Source: Thermoplasmatales archaeon SW_10_69_26
GTDB lineage: Archaea; Thermoplasmatota; SW-10-69-26
NCBI GenBank assembly: GCA_003009755.1
Contig: PXUB01000041.1
Span: 1-56,748 of the forward strand
DNA length: 56,748 nt
Direction: 5' to 3'
Part shown: piece after piece, positions 35,966-45,551 of the stretch
Layout: the number at the start of each line of letters is the position of its first letter
How positions within the stretch are numbered: the stretch's first letter is position 1
Translations under genes and position numbers: made by a program
The notes under the pieces: generated by a model
The model's database searches: none
What the model saw: only the letters and a program-made list of their open reading frames with translations
What the model was told of the DNA's origin: nothing

Positions 35966-36745
35966 ATGAGTAGCTCGGACGAGGGTCGGCTGAGCCTCGT
36001 GGGGCTCGGCCTCGAAGCCGACGGCATCTCTCTCGCGGGCCGGCGCGCCGCCCGCGGTGCCGACCGCGTGTTCCTCGAAGCCTACACCGCCCAAGCCCCC
36101 CAACCGGTGGCCTCGCTGGAGGCGATGGTCGCGGCCGACGTCGAGCCCTTGGACCGGGCTGGCGTCGAGGACGGCGACGTGATCGTCGACGCCGCCCGCG
36201 GCGGGCACGCGGCCCTGCTGGTCGCCGGCGACCCGCTGTCGGCGACCACGCACACCGCCTTGCGGCTGCAGGCCCAGGAGGCGGGCATCGCGGTCGACGT
36301 CCACCATGCCGGCAGCGTGCTCACGGCCGCCGCCGGCGCCCTGGGCCTCAGCCACTACAAGTTCGGGCGGACGACGACCCTCGTCACCCCCCAGGACAGC
36401 TACTTCCCGCAAAGCCCCTACGAGGTCGTTCAGGAGAACAGAGAGCGCGGCCTGCACACGCTCGTGCTGCTCGACGTGCGCGAGGACGGCTCGTTCATGT
36501 CCGCCGCCGAGGGCGCCCGGCTGCTGGCGCGGCTCGAGGACGAGCAAGGCGAGGGCGCGTTGCCGGACGAGCGCGAGGTCGTCGCCATCGCCCGCGCCGG
36601 CCGCGGGGACGAGGCGGCCTGGCGGGGTTCGCTGGCCGCGATCCAGGAGCTCGACGCCGGCGAACCGATGCACTCGCTCGTTGTGCCCGGCGAGCTGAGC
36701 CCGGTGGAGGAGGAGGCGCTGGCGGCGTTCGCCACCGCACCGTAG
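35966..36745 (+). CDS. dph5: Diphthine synthase
   Basis: LSLVGLGL, VFLEAYT, LLVAGDPLSATTH..L, GL..YKFGRTTTL, SPY.....N..RGLHTLVLLD, HSLVVPG. Confidence 0.95.
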   Translation: MSSSDEGRLSLVGLGLEADGISLAGRRAARGADRVFLEAYTAQAPQPVASLEAMVAADVEPLDRAGVEDGDVIVDAARGGHAALLVAGDPLSATTHTALRLQAQEAGIAVDVHHAGSVLTAAAGALGLSHYKFGRTTTLVTPQDSYFPQSPYEVVQENRERGLHTLVLLDVREDGSFMSAAEGARLLARLEDEQGEGALPDEREVVAIARAGRGDEAAWRGSLAAIQELDAGEPMHSLVVPGELSPVEEEALAAFATAP

Positions 36746-36908
36746 TGGGACACGGTGGCACGACAAGGCTTGCGTGGCCCTCGCCGGACGGAGAGGGGGA
36801 AGCGGGCGTGCCCGTCCCCCGGATCGGCGGCTTGGGGCGCCGGATCCGGGCCGAGGCTAACAGGCCCGGGAGGCGAGGGGGAGGGCTCGGTGCCCTCCCC
36901 CGATCGCC

Positions 36909-38096
36909 TCACTGGTCGGCGACGATCCGGATCACGTCGCCGTGCTCGAGCTCGTGGTCGGCCGCGATCGTGCGGCCCTCGCGGGCGTCCTTGGCCTGGA
37001 GGAAGGTCTCGCCGATGTCGGAGTGGATCTGGTAGGCCAGCCCCTCGGCCGTCGTCCCGCGGGGGACGAGCAAGGCGTCGGGGAGGACGTTGCCCTCGCC
37101 GTCGGCGTACTTGGACTCGTCGTCCACGGGGAACACCACGATGCGGTCGAGCACCTCGTAGACGCCGGTTTCGAGCACCGTCTGCACGCCCGTGGATCCG
37201 AACCGGTCGAACACCTGCTCGCGCACGCGCTCGAGCCCACGGCGTTGCCCGTCGGACATCTCGCCGGTGATCTCGAAGCCCTCGTCGCCGGGCTGGTAAT
37301 CGACGAGGCCCTGCTCGCTGGCGCGGCGCAGCGCCAGCTCGGCCTCGGCGCACGTCGGCACCACGGTCTCGTCGACCTCGGCCAGCGCGTCCAGCTCCGC
37401 CTCGGCGATGTCGGCCTTGTTGGCGGCGATCACGATCGGGCGCGCGATGCGGCGCAGCTCGCGCGCGATCTCGACCGGCGCGTCCTCGCCCCACTCGCTG
37501 GGCACGGCACCGTCCAGGCCGGTCTCGCGCAGCGCCTCGACGACCTGGGCCTTCGTCATGCCCATCCCGGAGACGCGGTCGTGCAGGATGTCCTCCACGT
37601 CGTCGCTGCCGGCTTCGACCCGGCGGGCCGCCGAGGACAGGTCGCGCTCGAGGATCGCGGCCAGCCAGTGCTCGATCTCGTCGGCGAGGAAGGCCACGTC
37701 CTCGCGGGGGTCGTGGGTGCCGGCGTCGACGGGTTCGCCCTCGGCGTTCGTCGCGCCGGCCGCGTCCACGACGTGGACCAAGGCCTGGGCGTGGCGGACG
37801 TCGTCGAGGAACTTGTTGCCCAAGCCCTTGCCCTCGTGGGCGCCCGGCACGAGCCCGGCCACGTCGGTCACCTCGACCGGCACCCAGCGGGTCCCGTCCC
37901 GGCAGGGTGCGTTGTTGGGGTCACAGCTGTCGAGCCCGAGCTGGACGTGCGGGCACTCGGTGCGGACGTAGGCCATGCCGCGGTTGGCCTCGATCGTGGT
38001 GAACGGGTAGTTGGCCGACTCGACCGGCGCCATCGTCACGGCGCCGAACAGGGTGGATTTGCCGACGTTGGGCTTGCCGACGAGGCCGAGCTCCAT
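36909..38096 (-). CDS. ychF: Archaeal YchF/Obg-family ATPase/GTPase with a TGS domain
   Basis: GLVGKPNVGKST, ANYPFTTI, DVAGLVPGAH.GKGLGNKFLDD, ANKAD, LPDA.L...G.T...LAY.IHSD. Confidence 0.93.
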   Translation of the reverse strand: MELGLVGKPNVGKSTLFGAVTMAPVESANYPFTTIEANRGMAYVRTECPHVQLGLDSCDPNNAPCRDGTRWVPVEVTDVAGLVPGAHEGKGLGNKFLDDVRHAQALVHVVDAAGATNAEGEPVDAGTHDPREDVAFLADEIEHWLAAILERDLSSAARRVEAGSDDVEDILHDRVSGMGMTKAQVVEALRETGLDGAVPSEWGEDAPVEIARELRRIARPIVIAANKADIAEAELDALAEVDETVVPTCAEAELALRRASEQGLVDYQPGDEGFEITGEMSDGQRRGLERVREQVFDRFGSTGVQTVLETGVYEVLDRIVVFPVDDESKYADGEGNVLPDALLVPRGTTAEGLAYQIHSDIGETFLQAKDAREGRTIAADHELEHGDVIRIVADQ

Positions 38097-38252
38097 CGTG
38101 GCCGAGGCAAGCCAGGGGTCCGGCATAACGGTTCGCGTCGCACCGGCCGGCGGCTCGACGACGCGCGTTGGTGGCGGCCCGGGCGAGCGGTTCGGCCATC
38201 GTCGTAACGGTCACCACCAGGCTCTTGCGTCTGGACCTCGGAGAGGCCGTCG

Positions 38253-38717
38253 ATGGGGCGGCATCGCTGGACAGCGCTCGTCGGGATCGGTGCGGTCTAC
38301 GTCCTCCTGTCGAGCTGGCTCGGCCTCACCGTGACCCCGGCCCTCGAGGGCGAGCCCGTCGGCGAGATGATGACCTTCTTCGTCGACGTCTGGAGCGACA
38401 GCCTCCTCGCGGACGCCGTGTTCGTCGCCGGGACGCTGGCCGCAGGCCTGCTGGCCGTCCAGGTGTACCGCTCGTCCGGGTGGCCGGTCAGTGTCGGCGC
38501 CGCCGCGGTGGCCCACTGGGGGGTCTACGTGGCCAGCTACACGCTGCTGGGCGACGTCCAGCATCCAGACGCCACCACGCTCGGAGACGCCCTCACGTTC
38601 GTCGTACGATGGGGGTGGCCGGGCCTGGCCGCGGCGGGTCTTTTGCCGGCCGTGGCGCTGTGGTGGCTGGACGAGCGCCGGATCCGGCTGGTGTTCGCGG
38701 ACGACCGCCCCAACTAG
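38253..38717 (+). CDS. Hypothetical multi-pass membrane protein
   Basis: 154 aa with about four hydrophobic segments and host-like codon usage. Confidence 0.6.
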   Translation: MGRHRWTALVGIGAVYVLLSSWLGLTVTPALEGEPVGEMMTFFVDVWSDSLLADAVFVAGTLAAGLLAVQVYRSSGWPVSVGAAAVAHWGVYVASYTLLGDVQHPDATTLGDALTFVVRWGWPGLAAAGLLPAVALWWLDERRIRLVFADDRPN

Positions 38718-39053
38718 ACTGCCGGCGATGCTTGGGTTAGGCTCTCGCCGGCCTCAGGCGGTGAAAGCGCGGAGCCGAGACGAAGGTTCGCCCGGATCGA
38801 AGATCCGGGCTCTCGCGAGGATCCGCCCTGACGGGCAGGGATCCTCGCGACATGCCCGGAGGGATCGTCGCAGCCGACCGGCGCCATCTCGTTGTCGTCC
38901 TCCGTCGACAATCCTCGAGGGTTGGTTTCCTCGGGCTCGGCGACCGTGCCACGCTCCTTCGCACGAGCCCTCCGGGCTCGCAGGTTCGGGAGACCGTCCC
39001 CGGTCTCCCGAGACCGGCGCGAGAGCCTAAGCAAAACAAGACCGGCAGTCTAG
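38714..39053. mobile_element. MITE-like element with bipartite terminal inverted repeats and CTAG ends
   Basis: CTAGACTGCCGG at both ends (inverted); second inverted block TTAGGCTCTCGC; several internal perfect hairpins; no credible ORF. Confidence 0.65.
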
Positions 39054-39068
39054 GACAGCCCGAGGCCC

Positions 39069-39992
39069 TCACTCGAGCATCTCGCCGATCGGGTAGACGT
39101 CGTCCTCGAAGTCGCGGACCTTCTGCTCCATCTCGAGGCTGGCGTCGTCGCGGAACCGCACGCCCTCGGGCGCCTTGATCGTGCCCTTGACCTCGGCGCT
39201 GGGCCGCAGGTCGACGCTTTGGGCCTCGATCGTGCCGTGCACGACGACGTTCTCGCCGACGTAGACGTCGTCCCAGGCTTCGATGTCGCCGTGGACCTCG
39301 ACGCCGGGCTCCAGGCGCACGCCGCCTTGCACGCGCAGCGAGCCGTGCAGCTCCGTGGCGCGGCCCAGGCGGGCGTCGTCCTCGGCGCGGAAGTTGCCCA
39401 GCACGCGGCAGTCGGCGCCGACGCGCATGCCGCCGCGGATGTGGCTGTCTTGCAGGCCCAGGCGGGAGCCGTTGGGCACGAACATGAACGTCTCCGAGAT
39501 CTCGAAGGTCTGCTCGGCCTCCTCGAGGTGGTCCAGCATCTGCTCGACCTCCTCGCTGCGGCCCTGCCGCATGAGCTGCATCAGGTAGATGACGACGTAG
39601 ACGACGGTCGGGACGGGGTTGCGGATGTTGATCCAGCCGCGCGCCTCGAAGCCCTCCTCGAGCGTGACCTCGTCGCCGACGTCGAGGTCCTCCATCACCG
39701 ACAGCCGGCCGGTGACGTGCACGCCCTCGCCGAGGTAGGCCGAGCCTTGGGCCTTCACCTCGCCGTCGACGGTGGTGAAGACGTCCATGCGGACGTCCTC
39801 GCCGGCGTGCAGGTCCCCGCGGATGTCGACGCCGTCACCGATGTACATCGACTGCGGGCTCGTGATCCCGTAGTCGATCTGGGTGTGGTCGCCGAGGACC
39901 GTGTCCCCGGTCGTCTCGATCATGTGCTCCAAGAAGTGACTCCCGTCCGGGAGGACGAACGTGCTGCGGTCGAAGACCAAATCGCATCCCAT
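39069..39992 (-). CDS. Polymer-forming cytoskeletal (bactofilin-like) beta-helix protein, duplicated domain
   Basis: Repeated I.GD/V.G.V/V.G.I beta-helix units in two blocks separated by GFEA.GWI.IRNP.P...Y..IYL. Confidence 0.75.
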   Translation of the reverse strand: MGCDLVFDRSTFVLPDGSHFLEHMIETTGDTVLGDHTQIDYGITSPQSMYIGDGVDIRGDLHAGEDVRMDVFTTVDGEVKAQGSAYLGEGVHVTGRLSVMEDLDVGDEVTLEEGFEARGWINIRNPVPTVVYVVIYLMQLMRQGRSEEVEQMLDHLEEAEQTFEISETFMFVPNGSRLGLQDSHIRGGMRVGADCRVLGNFRAEDDARLGRATELHGSLRVQGGVRLEPGVEVHGDIEAWDDVYVGENVVVHGTIEAQSVDLRPSAEVKGTIKAPEGVRFRDDASLEMEQKVRDFEDDVYPIGEMLE

Positions 39993-40290
39993 CCCGGGCC
40001 GGTCGCCCCGGCCCTTGTCCTTCACCTGGTTCGGCGGTATTAGGGCCTTCCGGATTCCGTTCGCCCGGCGGCGGGCCCGTGGACCCGGCGACCGTCGACC
40101 CAGATGGAAACGCTCATCAAGACCGAGCGGCTGCGTGCCGCTGCGCGGGCGCACGCCTGCTTTACTTTTCCAACAGCCTCCCAGCGGGTGGGCGCCCGCG
40201 TATTCCACCTCTTGACGCATCTCGGGTGCGCCAAGCGATGACAGGCGCATTCAACGAACCTTTTATCCTCGGAACGTCGTGACTTGCCCG

Positions 40291-43200
40291 ATGGAGGACC
40301 CGGACGCTGCCCCGAACACCGGCCGCTGGGTGGCCGGGCTCGCGACGCTCGGGGCCCTACTGGCCGGCGCGATCCAGGGCGTCCTGGGCTACTACACCGT
40401 CACCGGGATCAGTTTCGACTGGCTGGAGTGGGACAAACATCCCACGATCGCATCCGACCTGGCTGCCCTCGATCTGGGTCTGTCGACGCTGCTCGTCACC
40501 TTGACGGTCGCCAGCGGCCTGGGCGCGCTGGCGTGGTTCTTGATCAAACGCGGCAAGATCCGCGGCGATCCCGAGGCTCGCGAGCCCGGGGACACGCGGT
40601 CGTGGAGCGAGTTCTCCTTCGTCCAGGTCGCCACCGGCGCCACCGTCGGCGCGCTGTTCGCAGCCGTGATCGCCTTCGTCGGCGCCGAGCTGTTGTCCGG
40701 CGGCGAGCTCGCCGGTCCCCAGTTCTGGTTGACCAAGCTCGTGGCCGGCGTCCTCGTGGTCGGCCTGACGACGGCGACCCTCGTGCGAGCCCTCGCCGAG
40801 AAGGCGGCCCGCGACGAGCTCGTCGTCGGCGACCCGCGGGGCAACGTGATCTCCCGCATCCAGCTGTGGTCCTCCGAGAACGCCGTCACCGTCGTCGTGA
40901 TCGTCACGCTCGTGACCGCCGCCACCGGCTACGGCATCACGATGATCGACACCGATGTCGACGTGGCCGACGTCCTGCCGCGCGGCAACGGCAACACCAC
41001 CGCCGCCAAGAACCTCAGCAGCGAGTTCCAGAGCACCTTCACCCAACAGGTCACCCTCCAGATCGACAAGAACCCCAGCCAGTGCCTGAAGGACAGCCAA
41101 CGCGAGTTACCGAACCGGCCACCGGAGTCGGTGGACTGTGGCAACATCACCGACGAGGTCTACATCCGTGCGATGGACGAGATGTTCCGCCACATCCGGG
41201 ACAACCCCGAGACCCCGGTCGAGTACAACATCGCGCCCTCGTCCTTCTACAAGCTTATCAACTGGACGATCGAAGGTGGCCAGGACGCGCCACGGACCGC
41301 CTTCGCGTTGCCCGCCACCGACGAGGAAGGAGCCCAACGCTACGAGTCGGTCAACGAGACCGTGTGGGCCTCGATCCCCGGATCGGTCACCGCCACGATC
41401 GACCCCAGCTTCGATCAGGCGGCCAGCCTGTTCCTGGTGCCCTCCGACTCGGAGGCGTCCTCGCAGGAGATCGGCCGATCGATGCTGGAGGCGCGGGACG
41501 ACTACGTGGAGGCGGTCGAGAACGGTGAGACCAAGTACACGGTCTGGGACGAGGACAACCCCCCGCTGTTCACCGTCGACGTACCGGTCGCCAACGCCCA
41601 CCAAGCCGAGTTGGCCGAGGAGGACTTCACGACGCTGTTCCCGCTGGTCTTCGGGTTCATCGTCGTCGCCCTGTACTTCTCGTTCCGGAACTTCACCGCG
41701 ATCGGGATCGCCGGCGCCACGCTGGTCAGCTCGACCGCGATCACGTACGGCGCGATGGGCTACATCGGGATCCCGCTCAACACGTTGAACCTGACCGTGT
41801 TACCCCTGATCCTGGGGACCGGGATCGACTTCGCGATCCACCAGGTCACCGAGTTCGCCCACCGCAAACGCGAGGGCCTGTCCGACCAGGAGGCCCTGCG
41901 CAAGTCCGGCGGCTACGCCGGGTTCGCGATGTTCATCGCGGCCGTGACCTCGATCTCGGGCTTGCTCGTGATGACGGTCAGCCCCAGCCTGTTGATGGCC
42001 CAACTGGGCCTGCTGGCCGCGATCGCCATCGCCACCGTCTACCTGCTCACGATCACCTTCATGCCCGCGCTGCTCACCCTGGCGAAGAGCAGCGACGACA
42101 TGGGCCAGAAGTTCGAGGCCTCGGGCATCGTCACCGCGCTCACGCGTGGCTTCTCCGAGAACCGGCTCCTCGTCGGAGCCATGCTCGTCCTGTTGACCGC
42201 CGGCGCCATCGTCGGCACCCAGCAGCTCACGATCGAGGAGTTCGGCGAACCGGCGCAGAACTTCCCCGAAGACGACCCCCTCCGCCAAGAGCACGAGGAG
42301 GGCATCCGCGGGTTCTACGACCTCGACGAGGAGGACGGCGAGGAGCTGAAGACCAACGTCATCGTCTTCCAGGGCGACAACAGCGACCTCCAGGCCCACC
42401 GGTACATCGAGGCCGCCCAAGACGAGATGAGCGAGAAGGACAACCTGCGCATGTCCACCTCGCGCAACCTACCGTTCCTGATGCGGACCTGGATGACGGT
42501 CAAGGACGGCGGGATCGGGGCTGCAGAGCAGATCGGGCGGGATAGCGCCAGCAACTGCCAGCTGCCGACCGGGAACGGGCTGCCATGCGAAAGCAACGAA
42601 CGCGCCGACAACTACCCGCAGACGCGCGAGGAGATCGAGGCCAACCTCGACGCCATGTTCAACTCGCCGCTGGACACGTTCGCCTCCCTGTTCGTGGCCG
42701 AGCCCCAGTACAACATCTCGACGATGACGTTGGCCACGACGACGGGCGACTTCAACGACGCCGAGGCCGCCTGGGACGACGTGTGGACCTCGATGGACGC
42801 CGTCGAGGACCAGCGCCCCAACGATCTCGAGCCCGCCTTCGTCGGCAACACCGCGCTGAACTACCTGTTCATCACCGAAGAGCTGCCCTGGCTGTCCTAC
42901 CTGGGCATCGTGAGCGGCCTCGTGTTGGCCTTCCTCACCGCCATCTTCACCAAGAACACGCGCGCGACCGCCGCCGTGATGACGACGATGGGGTTGACCG
43001 GGATCTGGTGGCTGGGCGTGTTACCCGCCTTCGACATCGGGCTGGCGATCACGCTGATGTTGCCGGCCGTGTTCATCACCTCGATCGGGGCCGACTACGC
43101 CATCCACATGGCGTGGAACCTGATCAAGAACCCCGACAGAGAGGAGGTGTACGGCGTCGTCGGGAAGGCGGTGCTGTTCTCCGCCATCACCGACATCGGC

Positions 43201-43410
43201 GCCTTCGCCATCTTCACGCAGACCCAGAACGTCGCGGCCAGCGAGGCGATGGTCGCCACCGTGCTGGCGATCGCCGTCATGTTCGTCGTCACGATCATGA
43301 CGATGCCGCTGTTCTACCCGAACGAGCCGGCGGAGGCCGACGAGCCGGAGACCAAGGAGGCGCCGCCCTCACCGGCTCCGGGCCAAGGCAAGGTCGTCGA
43401 GGCGAACTGA
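40291..43410 (+). CDS. RND superfamily / MMPL-type transporter
   Basis: Two repeats of TM, large extracytoplasmic loop, then TM cluster; LILGTGIDFAIH and SIGADYAIH motifs; extra N-terminal TM helices. Confidence 0.88.
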   Translation: MEDPDAAPNTGRWVAGLATLGALLAGAIQGVLGYYTVTGISFDWLEWDKHPTIASDLAALDLGLSTLLVTLTVASGLGALAWFLIKRGKIRGDPEAREPGDTRSWSEFSFVQVATGATVGALFAAVIAFVGAELLSGGELAGPQFWLTKLVAGVLVVGLTTATLVRALAEKAARDELVVGDPRGNVISRIQLWSSENAVTVVVIVTLVTAATGYGITMIDTDVDVADVLPRGNGNTTAAKNLSSEFQSTFTQQVTLQIDKNPSQCLKDSQRELPNRPPESVDCGNITDEVYIRAMDEMFRHIRDNPETPVEYNIAPSSFYKLINWTIEGGQDAPRTAFALPATDEEGAQRYESVNETVWASIPGSVTATIDPSFDQAASLFLVPSDSEASSQEIGRSMLEARDDYVEAVENGETKYTVWDEDNPPLFTVDVPVANAHQAELAEEDFTTLFPLVFGFIVVALYFSFRNFTAIGIAGATLVSSTAITYGAMGYIGIPLNTLNLTVLPLILGTGIDFAIHQVTEFAHRKREGLSDQEALRKSGGYAGFAMFIAAVTSISGLLVMTVSPSLLMAQLGLLAAIAIATVYLLTITFMPALLTLAKSSDDMGQKFEASGIVTALTRGFSENRLLVGAMLVLLTAGAIVGTQQLTIEEFGEPAQNFPEDDPLRQEHEEGIRGFYDLDEEDGEELKTNVIVFQGDNSDLQAHRYIEAAQDEMSEKDNLRMSTSRNLPFLMRTWMTVKDGGIGAAEQIGRDSASNCQLPTGNGLPCESNERADNYPQTREEIEANLDAMFNSPLDTFASLFVAEPQYNISTMTLATTTGDFNDAEAAWDDVWTSMDAVEDQRPNDLEPAFVGNTALNYLFITEELPWLSYLGIVSGLVLAFLTAIFTKNTRATAAVMTTMGLTGIWWLGVLPAFDIGLAITLMLPAVFITSIGADYAIHMAWNLIKNPDREEVYGVVGKAVLFSAITDIGAFAIFTQTQNVAASEAMVATVLAIAVMFVVTIMTMPLFYPNEPAEADEPETKEAPPSPAPGQGKVVEAN

Positions 43411-43413
43411 CGG

Positions 43414-44661
43414 CTACTCCCGTTTCTTCGTCCGGTCCGAGAGGTCCAAAAGCGTGTGCAGGAAGTCCCCGCCCTGCAGGCGACCGAGGAACCCGTGCGG
43501 GCAAGCACGCTCGTGGTAGGCGCTCACGTCGTCGTCCACGATGCCCGGCGCGTCCACGATCACCGGCACCGGATCGCCGCTGTGGCTTTTCCGAGCGCAC
43601 GGGGTCGCGTGATCGCCGGTGAGGCCCAGCACGAGGTCCCGGAGATCCAGCAGCGGTTCCAGCGCCTGGTCGATGTCCTCGATGGCTTCCCGTTTGGCGG
43701 GGAAATCGCCGTTCTCGCCGCAGATGTCCGGCGCCTTGATGTGCAGGTAGACGAGGTCGTTGTCGGGCAGCCCGTCGAGCGCGCGGGTGACCTTGGCGTC
43801 CATGTCGGTGTCCAAGCCACCGGTGGCGCCCGCGACGTCGGCCAGCTCCATCCCGACGTAGTTCGCGATGCCGCGGTAGGCGTTGCCGCCCGCGACCGCC
43901 AGGCCCTCGATCCCGAAGCGCTCTTGCAGCGTGGGGCCGCGCTCGACGGGGCCCAAGCCGCGGGTCACGACGCCGTCGACCGGGAGCTCGCCACGCTCGG
44001 AGCGGTCCTCGTTCACCGGGTGATCGGCCAGCACGTCCTGGGCTCGGTCGACGACCTCCTGGACGCGCTTGGCCATGCGGCGGGCTTCGCCCTCGTCGGC
44101 CGTGGCCTCGGCCGGCGTGATCGGCTCGCCGACCTCGCCGGGATCGGTGTCGGCGACCTCGGGCGAGCCGTCGTCGAACACGAGCACGAACCGGTAAGCC
44201 ATGCGCGGATGGTAGCGGGTCTGCACGTCGCCCGGCAGCGCCTGCTCGATGTCGTCGACGATGCGCTGGGCCTCCTCGTGGTCCTGGGGGGTCGGGAACC
44301 GGCCGGCTCGGCGGTCCTCGACCGTGCCGTCCTCGGCCAGCGTCACGAAGTTCGCCCGCGCCGCCACGCGGCCCTGGGCGGGCTCGATGCCGAGACCGAG
44401 AGCCTCGATGCAGCCCCGGGAGGGCGAGACGGTCGTCTCGGCGAGGGGGTCGTAGCCGAACAGGCCCAGGTGGCCGGTGTTCGAGCCCGGCACGATACCG
44501 GGGGCCAGCGGGTCGACGAGGCCGGTCGCGCCGCGCGTCGCCAGCTCGTCCAGGGTCGGCGTCTGGGCGGCCTGCAGCGGGGTCGAGCCGCCGTGGTCGG
44601 GGTGGGCTCGGTCGCCGACGCCGTCGAGGATCACCGCTAGGAGGGGAGGCTTGGCCATCAC
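43414..44661 (-). CDS. apgM: 2,3-bisphosphoglycerate-independent phosphoglycerate mutase (archaeal ApgM type)
   Basis: ILDGVGD, TPLQAA.TP.LD.LA, PGS.TGHL.LFGYDP, RG.IEALG, DRRAGR, TGDHATP...K.HSGDPVP. Confidence 0.93.
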   Translation of the reverse strand: MMAKPPLLAVILDGVGDRAHPDHGGSTPLQAAQTPTLDELATRGATGLVDPLAPGIVPGSNTGHLGLFGYDPLAETTVSPSRGCIEALGLGIEPAQGRVAARANFVTLAEDGTVEDRRAGRFPTPQDHEEAQRIVDDIEQALPGDVQTRYHPRMAYRFVLVFDDGSPEVADTDPGEVGEPITPAEATADEGEARRMAKRVQEVVDRAQDVLADHPVNEDRSERGELPVDGVVTRGLGPVERGPTLQERFGIEGLAVAGGNAYRGIANYVGMELADVAGATGGLDTDMDAKVTRALDGLPDNDLVYLHIKAPDICGENGDFPAKREAIEDIDQALEPLLDLRDLVLGLTGDHATPCARKSHSGDPVPVIVDAPGIVDDDVSAYHERACPHGFLGRLQGGDFLHTLLDLSDRTKKRE

Positions 44662-44741
44662 GTCCCCGCAGGACGCCCCAGGGTTTCAACCTCATGCCTC
44701 GCCGCTTCGCGGTCGGCTGGGACCCGGTCGGCCGCGATCGG

Positions 44742-45527
44742 TTACAATCCGCCGACGACGGACAGCCAGGCGGCGACGGCGAAGCTGCCCGAGGCGATGC
44801 CGAGGAAGTTGACCTCCTCCTTGGTGAGGATGCCGCGCACCTCGAACAACGCGCCGAGCAGGGAGTCCATCTGGCACCCGATGAAGCCGGCGGTGGTCGC
44901 GGCGGCCAGGCTGGTCACGGTGAGCGGGACCCCCCCGGGCGGGGCCGACCAGGTGAAGGACAGGGACAACAGCACGATCCCGATCGCGGCGACGAGCAGC
45001 GAGCCGGCGAGCGCGGCGATCTGGCCGGCCAGCGAGACGCCGCCGTCGGTGCCCGGTGGCACGGGTTTGCCGGTCGTGATGAGCACGGTCTTCTCCGACA
45101 AGCCACCGAACTCGCTGGCGAAGGTGTCGGCGGCGGCCGCGGCGACGCTGCCCACGAACAGCAGGCTCGAGGCGCCGGCCCCCAGCCAGGCGTCGATCGG
45201 GTCTTGAGCCAGCGCGATCAAGGTCGGCACGAGCCCGTTGGCGAGCACGTTGCGCGTCCGGCGGACGCCCTCGCGAGCTTCGCCGGTGCCGCGGGCCGCC
45301 TTCTCCTCGTACCGGGTCCGCGTCGCGATCCCCGCCAGGACGAGCAGGGACATCAACAAGAGCAGCCAGAAGATGTTCGTCGTGACGATGATCGTGGTGC
45401 CGAGCACGAACGCGGCGAAGGCGCCGCTGGCGTTGAGCAAGCGTTTGCGGTTGGCGGCGACGGCCAACACGCCCACGGCGAGGACCTGGATGGCCCCCAG
45501 CGGGCTATCCAGGGGGTTCACCACCAT
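44742..45527 (-). CDS. DUF92 / TMEM19 family membrane protein
   Basis: R...NVLANG, AAAAADTFASE.G, LITT.K.VPPGTDGGVSL.G, G...DSLLGA, NF. Confidence 0.9.
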   Translation of the reverse strand: MVVNPLDSPLGAIQVLAVGVLAVAANRKRLLNASGAFAAFVLGTTIIVTTNIFWLLLLMSLLVLAGIATRTRYEEKAARGTGEAREGVRRTRNVLANGLVPTLIALAQDPIDAWLGAGASSLLFVGSVAAAAADTFASEFGGLSEKTVLITTGKPVPPGTDGGVSLAGQIAALAGSLLVAAIGIVLLSLSFTWSAPPGGVPLTVTSLAAATTAGFIGCQMDSLLGALFEVRGILTKEEVNFLGIASGSFAVAAWLSVVGGL

Positions 45528-45551
45528 CGCGGGCGCCTCCCGCGGTCGAGT

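Noticed and set aside
38714-39053. RNase P RNA or SRP RNA
   Set aside because: The size fits, but I could not find the RNase P P4 signatures (GAGGAAAGUCC with AACAGAA..GCUUA) or the SRP helix-8 motif on either strand.
43700-43745. ApgM metal-site variant DICGENG instead of D..GHDG as loss of function
   Set aside because: GE-type variants occur in other ApgM-family members, and the remaining motifs are intact.
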